From an uncultured Deferribacteres bacterium (GTDB lineage Bacteria; Zhuqueibacterota; Zhuqueibacteria; Zhuqueibacterales; Geothermadaptataceae), in NCBI GenBank assembly GCA_964014485.1, contig CAXHAT010000235.1:1-10921 (forward strand): a stretch of DNA of 10,921 bases, written 5' to 3'. The position numbers and the translations under genes are program-made. The notes under the pieces were generated by a model, which saw only the letters and a list, made by a program, of their open reading frames with translations, was not told the DNA's origin and did no database searches. Every line of letters starts with the position of its first letter. Positions within the stretch are counted from its first letter, which is position 1. Positions 1 through 7,207 of this stretch are shown here, piece after piece.

Positions 1-30
1 CGTGGGCTCGGAGATGTGTATAAGAGACAG
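1..30 (+). other. Sequencing artefact: Illumina Nextera read-2 adapter including the Tn5 mosaic end
   Basis: CGTGGGCTCGGAGATGTGTATAAGAGACAG matches the 3' 30 nt of the Nextera adapter GTCTCGTGGGCTCGGAGATGTGTATAAGAGACAG; the 19-bp mosaic end is at 12-30. It lies at the window edge and cuts a CDS. Confidence 0.98.
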
Positions 31-749
31 GCATTATGAATCGCCCGCGCCACTAATTCTTTGCCCGTCCCGGTTTCGCCGATGATCAGGACAGAAGCGT
101 CGCCGCGCGCAAAACTTTGTATATCTTGAAGAACTTTCCGAACCCCTGTGCTGTTGCCGACAATTTTGCGTCGATCCGTTTCGTGGCGAACCTGCTGCCG
201 CAAAGTCTGATTCTCAGCAGTCAATCGAATTTTCGCCGCTTCGAGCTCTGCGTAAAGTTGAATATTTTCCAGCGTATTCGCGGCAAAATTACAGGCCGCG
301 CGAATGAGATGCTCGTCTTCGCGAGAGTATGGCTCACGGAGAATTTTGCGCCCCAGAAAAACGCCGCCCACAACTTTGTCCTGAATGCGAATATGCTCCC
401 AAATTGAATAGTCAGGATCAGCGTTCGCGCCATTATTGGTCAGATTTGCCAAGAGAGATTGCTGCTTGCTGGCGGACGCCGAGGCAAAATCGGCGTTGAG
501 CTCCTGGGTAATTTTATCCGCGGGCGTTATGAGCGCGCCATGCGTCGCCGCGACGTTCCACCCGCCGTCTTCGCAAGCCAACGCCATCGCTGCTCTTGCG
601 CCAAAAGCGCCGGCAATGGTAGCCAAAACATTGGCGTAAACCGCATCGCGATCCCGGCAACTGTTCAGGGCCTGGGCAATTTCAGACAAAGTGCGCGCCT
701 GGAACAGTTGACGTTCCAGAGACCAGATTTTTTTCTCGAACTCTTCCAT
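31..749 (-). CDS. Sigma-54-dependent transcriptional activator (N-terminal GAF-like domain + start of AAA+ domain; NifA/FhlA-like architecture), 3'-truncated
   Basis: Manual translation from ATG 749: MEEFEKKIWSLERQLFQARTLSEIAQALNS...VVGGVFLGRKILREPYSREDEHLIRAACNFAANTLENIQLYAELEAAKIRLTAENQTLRQQV...IVGNSTGVRKVLQDIQSFARGDASVLIIGETGTGKELVARAIHN. This gives a GAF-type C-terminal helix, a coiled-coil linker and the bEBP Walker A signature GETGTGKELVARAIH. The frame is open to the adapter; it is absent from the ORF track because it has no stop. Confidence 0.93.
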
Positions 750-792
750 ATTTAAAATGTGCGACTCTCCGCCGAAAAGTGCAAGCGAAAAC

Positions 793-821
793 AAAAAAGC
801 CCCGTCTAACGACGAGGCTTT
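793..821 (-). terminator. Intrinsic terminator of the winged-helix gene
   Basis: Minus strand AAAGCCTCGTC-GTTA-GACGGGGCTTTTTT: GC-rich stem with one G-U pair, 4-nt loop and U-tract, about 20 nt after the stop at 843. Confidence 0.85.
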
Positions 822-842
822 ATCTTTCAAAAAGTAAAAGAG

Positions 843-1055
843 TTAGGCGAAGACTTCCTCTTTCAAACTTACCTTGACAGTGTTGCCGGATTTCGCCAGT
901 TCAACTTTGTCTTCACGAGCAAGCCAGCCCAAAGCGGCGTTAAGCGTAAAAGCGTCGACTTTCAGTTTTGTTCTCAGCTTTGCCGAGCTCAATTCGTCGC
1001 CGCTTTCCAGTTCGCGCCAAATGCGTCCCGCGGTTTCACCAATTGTTCCTATCAT
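843..1055 (-). CDS. Small winged helix-turn-helix protein (DUF2582 family)
   Basis: 70 aa with IGETAGRIWREL...LNAALGWLAREDKV, the DUF2582 pattern (IG.xAG.IW; A.GWLAREDK). Strong SD AGGAGGAG at 1061-1068. Confidence 0.9.
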   Translation of the reverse strand: MIGTIGETAGRIWRELESGDELSSAKLRTKLKVDAFTLNAALGWLAREDKVELAKSGNTVKVSLKEEVFA

Positions 1056-1122
1056 TTGTACTCCTCCTTATATTTTAATTAGAAATCATCATGATTGGAA
1101 ACATGCTCACTTAAGCGGCAGG

Positions 1123-1151
1123 ATGATAACAATCTGACTTTCGAAAGTCAA
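1123..1151 (-). promoter_or_regulatory. Sigma-70 promoter for the winged-helix gene, overlapped by a perfect 16-bp palindrome
   Basis: Minus strand TTGACT (1151-1146), 17-nt spacer, TATCAT (1128-1123) preceded by TGn (extended -10). The palindrome TGACTTTCGAAAGTCA (1135-1150) covers the -35 box. Confidence 0.65.
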
Positions 1152-1236
1152 GCCCCAAAATGAGGCTGAAATTTGCGTAAATCTCGACTTTGTCGCTACA
1201 GTTTTAAGATGCGCTTTTGGCAAATCAAACCAGCCC

Positions 1237-1264
1237 GTAGAAACGCGATGCATCGCGTCTCTAC
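1237..1264. repeat. GTAG-family REP palindrome (copy 1)
   Basis: GTAGAAACGCGATGCATCGCGTCTCTAC: 28-bp palindrome with one mismatch and GTAG feet; 25/28 identical to 3015-3042. Confidence 0.85.
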
Positions 1265-1304
1265 CACGCCCAATTGACGAAAAACCAAAAACAGGACGTT
1301 TTTG

Positions 1305-2978
1305 ATGCACGCACTAAATTCCCCATTTTCCAAATACATCCGATTTCTGACACTTTTCTTGGTCATCCACACCGCCGGCGCTTCCGCGCAAAACGGAAAA
1401 TCGCATCCGGCGCCTACGGTTGAAATGGTCGCCATGCGCGACAGCGTGAAGTTGGCGACCTCGATTTTCAAATTCGACAGCACCGCTCCCGGCCCCGCGA
1501 TTTTGATCAGAACGCCGTCCAATCACGAAGATTACCAGGCTGAAATCAGCTACTTCCTTGAAAAACGCTACCACGTCATCATCCAAAGCACGCGCGGCAG
1601 AAACGGTTCAGAAGGCGTTGATTCTCTGTTTTTCAATGACGGCTGGGGCGAAAAACAGGACGGATTTGATACGGTCGAATGGATTGCGGCTCAGGCATGG
1701 AACAACGGCAAGGTCGGAACCTTTGGGCGCGGCCTGGACGGTTTTCTGCAAATTCTTCTCGCCGGAAGTCAACCGCCAAATTTAACGGCGCAATACATTA
1801 TCGCCGCGCCATATAATTTATACGACCATTTTGTTTTTCCCGACGGCGTTTGGCGAAAGTCTCTGGTTGAAAACTCGCTGGAAGATTTAAAGGCGGACAG
1901 CCTGATCTCACTCTTCGCGAACAACCCCGCGTACAGCGCTTTCTGGACGCAGCTCAACGGCGTTCGTCGGGCAAAAGCGGTCAACGTGCCGGTCGCGTTC
2001 GTCACTGGCTGGTACGACGCTTTTAACAAAGGGACCATCGACGCTTACCGGTTTATCAAAAAATACGGCCAGGACTTTGCGAACGACAATGTTTTTCTGC
2101 GCGTCGGGCCGTGGACTGATAATCAAAGCGGGTTTGGAAAACGCAGACAAGGAGAATTCACATTTCCTGAAAACGCAAAGTTTGACGTGCTTGCTGACGC
2201 AGGAAATTGGTTTGACAGTTGGCTTAAATCCTCCAGCGAAAGTATGATGCTGGAAGCGCCGGTAAAATACTACCAGATGGGCGCTGTAGACGAAGCTTAT
2301 GCGGCGGGAAATATTTGGCAGGAAGCGCGGCAATGGCCTCCGGCGCCGAAAGAAATCGCCAAATTTTACCTGGCAAAAGACGGCGGCTTACGAAAAAATG
2401 AAATTGACAAAAAAGGCGCGGCGGAAGGCTTCATGTACGATCCCGCCAACCCTGTCCCGACTCGCGGCGGCGACAACATGTTTTTGGAAGCCGGGCCCAT
2501 GGATCAGCAAAACACCGAAAGTCGAAAGGATGTTCTGATTTACACCACGGACGTCCTTGAAGCGCCAGTCGCAACCGCAGGCAGGATTCGCCTGAAGCTC
2601 TTTGCTTCAAGCAGCGCTTTTGATACGGATTTTACGGTAAAATTAACCGACGTTTATCCTGACGGGCGCTCCATGCTTTTGACCGACGGCGTTGTTCGCG
2701 CGCGTTTTCGTGAATCGCGGACTGAGCCGAAATTGCTGAAGCCCAAGAAGGTTTACGAATTTTGGATTGATCTTGGTTACACCGCGACGGTGTTCAATAC
2801 GGGGCATAAAATTCGAATCGCAATTTCAAGCAGCAACAGCCCGCGCTTTGAGCCAAACCCAAATTCTCCCGAGCCGTTCCGCCAAAACGCGAAGGCGATC
2901 ATCGCGACAAACACGGTCTACTTTGGCGGGAAACGCGCTTCATACCTCGAATTGCCAATTGTTTCGCTGCCGGAATAG
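1305..2978 (+). CDS. CocE/NonD family (peptidase S15-like) alpha/beta-hydrolase-fold protein with signal peptide; catalytic residues degenerate
   Basis: Family motifs include MVAMRDSVKLAT, RGRNGSEG, DGFDTVEWIAAQAWNNGKVG, TGWYD, GPW, YDPANPVPTRGG, DTDFTVKLTDVYPDGRS and GHKIRIAISSSNSPRF. N-terminal hydrophobic stretch ending ASA|Q. Start at ATG 1305 (or TTG 1302). Confidence 0.92.
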   Translation: MHALNSPFSKYIRFLTLFLVIHTAGASAQNGKSHPAPTVEMVAMRDSVKLATSIFKFDSTAPGPAILIRTPSNHEDYQAEISYFLEKRYHVIIQSTRGRNGSEGVDSLFFNDGWGEKQDGFDTVEWIAAQAWNNGKVGTFGRGLDGFLQILLAGSQPPNLTAQYIIAAPYNLYDHFVFPDGVWRKSLVENSLEDLKADSLISLFANNPAYSAFWTQLNGVRRAKAVNVPVAFVTGWYDAFNKGTIDAYRFIKKYGQDFANDNVFLRVGPWTDNQSGFGKRRQGEFTFPENAKFDVLADAGNWFDSWLKSSSESMMLEAPVKYYQMGAVDEAYAAGNIWQEARQWPPAPKEIAKFYLAKDGGLRKNEIDKKGAAEGFMYDPANPVPTRGGDNMFLEAGPMDQQNTESRKDVLIYTTDVLEAPVATAGRIRLKLFASSSAFDTDFTVKLTDVYPDGRSMLLTDGVVRARFRESRTEPKLLKPKKVYEFWIDLGYTATVFNTGHKIRIAISSSNSPRFEPNPNSPEPFRQNAKAIIATNTVYFGGKRASYLELPIVSLPE

Positions 2979-3014
2979 ATTAACGTTTTCCCAAATGTCG
3001 TGAATATAACCACG

Positions 3015-3042
3015 GTAGAGACGCAATGCATTGCGTCTCTAC
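3015..3042. repeat. GTAG-family REP palindrome (copy 2)
   Basis: GTAGAGACGCAATGCATTGCGTCTCTAC: perfect 28-bp palindrome between convergent genes; it overlaps the TAG stop (3039-3041) of the 4Fe-4S gene. Confidence 0.88.
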
Positions 3043-4601
3043 TTTGTTTGCGAAGCCAGTCGTACAATGTCGTAGCGATTGTCTTCCGGGCCGTTTTCCA
3101 GACTGAGCACGCCGCGCGGGCAAACCGCTGCGCACACGCCGCAACCAACGCACGAGGCGCGAATGATATTTTGACCTCGTTGAGCATACCAGCGCACGTC
3201 AATCCCCATCTCGCAGTAAGTTGAACAATTGCCGCAGGAAATGCACTGCCCGCCGTTGGTTGTGATTCGAAATCTCGATTTGAACTTCTGAAAAATCCCC
3301 AGAATCGCCGCTAGCGGACAGCCAAAGCGGCACCAGACGCGACTGCCCATGAACGGATAAAAGCCAACGCCCACAACGCCCGCGAAAGCCGCGCCGATGA
3401 GAAAGCTGTACCATTGATTCACCCGCCAAGTGTAATTGCTGAAAACGGCGCCGTCCGAAGCGTAATTGGCGATTTGCATCACTGTCATAACAAGGGCGAA
3501 AACGAGTACGGCGTGAATCAAAATGCGCTCGACGCGCCAAGCGTTCAATGATTTGTCTGACAATTGTCGCCATGGATCGCCCAGCGTCTCCGCCAGCCCG
3601 CCGCAACCGCAGACCCAGGAACAATACCAGCGCTTGCCGAAAAAATACGTCATCAGCGGCACGCCGACGACGGCCAGCAGAACGCCCCAAACGATCATGA
3701 ACGTCCCAATCGCTCCGGCGTTGAGATAACCGTCGATGCGCCAGTCGGTGAAGAGCGTATAATCCAGCGGCCAGGCGTTTTTGAAATCCATCGTCGGCTG
3801 GTTCATGCGCTCCAGAATTGTCGGAATCAGAAAAGCAAATCCTGTTTGGAAAAACATCACCGAGGTCGTGCGAACGAGATGGTAACGGCTGTGACGATAT
3901 TTCGCGAACATGCGCACGCCCATCACCAGAATCGCGATAGTGTAGAGCAAACCGTAGAGAAACCACTGATCCGCGGGCTGGTTGCGAAACGCTTCGCTCA
4001 CCGGATCGATGAGCAGGACAAAATTGGTGATGTATTCCGGATACCAGTAAAGAAAAACGTAAAACCCGATCAACAAAACGCCGAGAACAATGCCGATCAA
4101 GCCGCGATTAAGCGTGCCGCTCTTAAAAATGCCGTCGTGTTTGATTCCGGGCTGGCCTTCCTTAAGCTGCGGAACGATGTACATCAAACCGCCAACAACG
4201 CCGAGCATAATGCTCAAAAGAAAAAACAAGAAAGCGTTGTTTCGCAGCGCTCCGGTTGACGAAGCTTTGAGCACCCAGAATTTCGCCACGCCAATGTCAT
4301 AATCGCTCAGATTCTGGTTTTGGCGTAAAAGTTCATCAATTTTGTTGATAAGCGTAAATTTTGAGTCAAAGGACTGGTCGAGGAGCGGGGAGAGCAACGC
4401 GAGGCGCTCGGCGGGAACCTTGTTTTCAATTGAAGCAAGCGCGCTCTGCGAAACGTGATAATCGCCCAGACCAAGGGTGAGCATAAAAACAACCAATGCG
4501 GCGGTAAAAACGCCCAAACCAATTTTCTTGACCAGCGAAAAATCTTTATGAGAATGGTGCGCGCCGTTTTGCGCCAGCGGCTGTATTTGAATTTTTTCCA
4601 T
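3039..4601 (-). CDS. Multi-pass membrane 4Fe-4S binding protein (NapH/MauN/RdxA-like polyferredoxin)
   Basis: 520 aa with many hydrophobic segments; GKRWYCSWVCGCG and RVWCRFGCP (CxxxCP-type motifs); C-terminal dicluster CISCGNCSTYC and CVGCGVCAAVCP. Confidence 0.92.
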   Translation of the reverse strand: MEKIQIQPLAQNGAHHSHKDFSLVKKIGLGVFTAALVVFMLTLGLGDYHVSQSALASIENKVPAERLALLSPLLDQSFDSKFTLINKIDELLRQNQNLSDYDIGVAKFWVLKASSTGALRNNAFLFFLLSIMLGVVGGLMYIVPQLKEGQPGIKHDGIFKSGTLNRGLIGIVLGVLLIGFYVFLYWYPEYITNFVLLIDPVSEAFRNQPADQWFLYGLLYTIAILVMGVRMFAKYRHSRYHLVRTTSVMFFQTGFAFLIPTILERMNQPTMDFKNAWPLDYTLFTDWRIDGYLNAGAIGTFMIVWGVLLAVVGVPLMTYFFGKRWYCSWVCGCGGLAETLGDPWRQLSDKSLNAWRVERILIHAVLVFALVMTVMQIANYASDGAVFSNYTWRVNQWYSFLIGAAFAGVVGVGFYPFMGSRVWCRFGCPLAAILGIFQKFKSRFRITTNGGQCISCGNCSTYCEMGIDVRWYAQRGQNIIRASCVGCGVCAAVCPRGVLSLENGPEDNRYDIVRLASQTK

Positions 4602-4678
4602 TTAAACGGCCTTTTTGTCGATCAACCTGTGTTTACTTTTATACGCCGCGCCCCTCTTGAATGGCAGTTGGGCGCGAT

Positions 4679-4704
4679 GCAACATTCGAAGAAACGAATG
4701 TTAC
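4679..4704 (-). other. Intergenic stem-loop just after the oxidoreductase stop
   Basis: Minus strand GTAACATTCG-TTTCTT-CGAATGTTGC, 10-bp stem with one G-U pair and no U-tract. Confidence 0.45.
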
Positions 4705-4706
4705 GG

Positions 4707-6050
4707 TTAGCCAAGAACCTTGCTCAAAAACCCTTGTCTGGCGCGCGATTTTACATTCGCGCCGGGGTTTTGGATATTGTAGAGCGCGACGATTTCCTGT
4801 TCGTGCCGTCTGAAAAATTCAGGGTCGAAATTGGCTTCTTGCAAGTGTTCGAGAATGTACTCGGCGGTGCGTTTTTCGTGCAGCCACCGATCCCAAACAT
4901 CGTGCCGCATACGCACGCCGAACACGTTCATGCCCACAACTTCTCGGGAGTCTTTTTTGAACACGAGCTTGAAGCAGATTTTATGGTCTGGATGTTCCCA
5001 ATAGAATATTTTTTCATCGTCACGCGGTGCATTCGCGACAAAGCCGTAGGTTTGGTATTCAATATCAAAAAACTTCGCCGAATTGAACCAGATTCCGCGT
5101 TCGTACTTTGCCCGCTTGCCGGTGAGCGTCTTCGCCAACGCTTCTCCGTGCATTTTGCCGGTATACCAAAGCTGCTCGAAACGATTGCGCGCGCCTTCTT
5201 CCGTCGCCTTGATTTCCACACAGTCGCCCGCAGCGTAGACGTCGGGGATGTTGGTTTCGAGGAAATCATTGACCAAGACGCCGCGCCCGGTTTCGACCTT
5301 TGAGTCTTTCGCAAGATCGATGTTGGGATGAACGCCGGGGGTCAGCCCAACAAACTGGCATGGAATCTCTTCACCGTCTTCGGTGGTCACAGCGCGAACG
5401 CGGCCGTTTTCTCCGGCAAGAATTTCTTTCAAATTGGTCATACGCCGCAAATCCACGCCGTGCGATTCGACGTGCCGACTGATTAGCTTCGCTTCTTCTT
5501 TCGGCAGAATATTGTCCCAATACCACTCTTCACGAATCAAAAAGGTCACCGGGATTTTACGAGAGAGCAGCATTTCCGCCAACTCAACGCCAATCAATCC
5601 GCCGCCGACAATGACGGCGTGTTTAACATCTTTGGCGTTTTCTTCCAGCAACTCTAAATCCTGCAAGGAATACAGCCCTTGCACGCCCGGTAAATCTTGC
5701 CCCGGCCAGCCGAATTTGTTGCTTTTTGAACCGGTCGCGATCACAAGCTTGTCGTACGGAATCGAATCGCCGTTGTCGAGCTTCACACTCTTTTGGTCGA
5801 CGTCGATCTCTTCAACCCAGGCTTTGACCAGATCGATGCGGTTTTTTTTCCAAAACCAATCTTCGTAAGGCTTTGTATCCTTGTAGCGCATATGGCCCAT
5901 AAAAATGTACATGAGAGCGGGGCGGGAGTAGAAATGCTCGGATTCAGCGGAAATGACGGTGATTTTCATATCGCTGCGTTTTCGGACGTGCCGCGCCGTA
6001 GTCACGCCGGCGACGCCGTTGCCGATGATGACGAGGTGTTGATCGTTCAT
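4707..6050 (-). CDS. NAD(P)/FAD-dependent oxidoreductase (pyridine nucleotide-disulfide oxidoreductase fold; ferredoxin/rubredoxin reductase-like)
   Basis: LVIIGNGVAG (FAD binding), YSRPAL, YDKLVIATGS, VIVGGGLIGVELAE (NAD binding), ETNIPDVYAAGDC. ATG 6050 (MNDQHLVII) is preferred over TTG 6119 because the Rossmann motif then begins at the N-terminus. Confidence 0.92.
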   Translation of the reverse strand: MNDQHLVIIGNGVAGVTTARHVRKRSDMKITVISAESEHFYSRPALMYIFMGHMRYKDTKPYEDWFWKKNRIDLVKAWVEEIDVDQKSVKLDNGDSIPYDKLVIATGSKSNKFGWPGQDLPGVQGLYSLQDLELLEENAKDVKHAVIVGGGLIGVELAEMLLSRKIPVTFLIREEWYWDNILPKEEAKLISRHVESHGVDLRRMTNLKEILAGENGRVRAVTTEDGEEIPCQFVGLTPGVHPNIDLAKDSKVETGRGVLVNDFLETNIPDVYAAGDCVEIKATEEGARNRFEQLWYTGKMHGEALAKTLTGKRAKYERGIWFNSAKFFDIEYQTYGFVANAPRDDEKIFYWEHPDHKICFKLVFKKDSREVVGMNVFGVRMRHDVWDRWLHEKRTAEYILEHLQEANFDPEFFRRHEQEIVALYNIQNPGANVKSRARQGFLSKVLG

Positions 6051-6307
6051 TGGGTTCCGATTTTGAGATTGACGGCTCTGTTTGAAAGGTAAAATGCCTT
6101 CGAAGTGCGTCTTTTGCAAGTTTCAAGACTCCGAACAGCGGGTGACTGGACGATATTCCGGCGGAAAGAAAATGGCGCTGATTTTAGAAATGCGTGAACA
6201 TTTTGTGACATTTCTCCAATCCGTGAAGAATTTTGGGTTGTACTTTTTCAAATCTTTTTGCATTCTATTCTCACAGTGATGAGAACATTTTTGCATGAGG
6301 CCCGATT

Positions 6308-6679
6308 ATGAAAGAAAACGGCGTGCGAAACAGCACGGTGATTCGGAGAGATCAGAACCTGTTCATCAAAGACACGCGCATCACTTTATACGATGTCATG
6401 GATTATCTTAAAGCCGATTGGCCGTCACAGCTTATTCAGCAATGGCTTAATTTGAGCGATCAGCAAATGAAAGATGTTTTGGGCTACATTTCTTCGCATC
6501 GTTCAGAAGTTGAGCGTGAATACCAGGCGGTATTAGACGAAGCTCAGAAAAATCGTCATTACTGGAAAGAAAAAAACAAGACTCGTTTTGCGAAAATCGC
6601 GAGTCATTCTTCTCAACGTCGCGACCCCAAAATTCAACGCAAGTTAGACGCCTGGAAAGCGAACCTGGAAAAATCGTGA
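6308..6679 (+). CDS. DUF433-domain protein, putative antitoxin (VapB45-like)
   Basis: LFIKDTRITLYDVMDYLKADW...IQQWLNLSDQQMKDVLGYI fits the DUF433 pattern (I.GTRI.V..I...L..G......I......L....V..AL.Y). The stop overlaps the next start (GTGA). Confidence 0.85.
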   Translation: MKENGVRNSTVIRRDQNLFIKDTRITLYDVMDYLKADWPSQLIQQWLNLSDQQMKDVLGYISSHRSEVEREYQAVLDEAQKNRHYWKEKNKTRFAKIASHSSQRRDPKIQRKLDAWKANLEKS

Positions 6680-7071
6680 TCGACGTACTTGCAGATCACA
6701 ATATTGAAGGGCAAGCTTGGCTGATTTGGAGTCGTTTGCACGCCGACGGTTGGTCACAAATCCTTCCTGCTCAATTACTGACTTTTGAACAGGCAGGACT
6801 TGCCGTAAATGCTAATGACCGGGATGTTTGGCGGTTCGCACAGAAAGAAAGAATGATTCTATTGACTGCAAATCGTCGTATGAGAGAAAAAAACTCATTA
6901 GAAAAGACGCTCAGAGATGAAAATTTTCCGGCTGCGCTGCCCGTGCTAACTATCGGCAATGCTGACAAAGTGTTTGACAGAAAATATTGTGAAGAATGCG
7001 CCCTCCGTATCGTTGAAATGTGCTCAGATATAAACGCATATCTTGGAACTGGCCGCCTTTTTATCCCATGA
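6676..7071 (+). CDS. DUF5615 PIN-like protein, putative toxin (VapC45-like)
   Basis: VLADHNIEG...GLAVNANDRDVWRFAQKERMILLTAN resembles the DUF5615/Mut7-C-type PIN motif (L.D.N; D..I...A......LLT.D). Translationally coupled to DUF433 by the GTGA overlap at 6676-6679. Confidence 0.8.
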   Translation: MIDVLADHNIEGQAWLIWSRLHADGWSQILPAQLLTFEQAGLAVNANDRDVWRFAQKERMILLTANRRMREKNSLEKTLRDENFPAALPVLTIGNADKVFDRKYCEECALRIVEMCSDINAYLGTGRLFIP

Positions 7072-7207
7072 TCCGCCCTTTCCTCAAGAAACGTAAGATA
7101 TAATCTCAAACCTCATCCAAAACACTTCCCATCCGCAAGCTCTTCGCTTGAATTGTACTCAACTTAGATCAAAATAAAAGGGCAAGAGCGACAAACCTGT
7201 GATAAAA

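Noticed and set aside
12..30. Tn5/IS50 end suggesting a transposon insertion
   Set aside because: It is the synthetic mosaic end preceded by the Nextera primer tail, so a library artefact.
117..755. Short ORFs 117-407, 221-433, 436-639 and 459-755
   Set aside because: All overlap the sigma-54 activator frame, which has clear family motifs.
1107..1310. ORF containing GRDAMHRVST, and similar peptides in 1196-1522, 2918-3202 and 3000-3224
   Set aside because: The shared peptides are translations of the GTAG REP palindrome, not a protein family.
1237..3042. 28-bp palindromic repeats as a CRISPR array
   Set aside because: Only two copies, 1.8 kb apart, with no spacer periodicity and no cas genes.
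4612..4625. FNR-like site upstream of the 4Fe-4S gene
   Set aside because: Only one half-site (ATCAA) matches.
4455..5303. 282-aa plus-strand ORF, and other long overlapping ORFs (3564-4259, 3199-3966, 5383-5868, 8244-8720, 7565-8011)
   Set aside because: Antisense or alternate-frame shadows of well-supported genes with no recognisable motifs.
6203..6220. TTGTGACATTTCTCCAAT as a Rex/CRP-like site upstream of the oxidoreductase
   Set aside because: The second half-site is poor and could be chance in an AT-rich spacer.
7072..7207. SAM riboswitch upstream of the methyltransferase
   Set aside because: No recognisable SAM-I or SAM-II core, only a weak GCTCTT/AAGAGC pairing.
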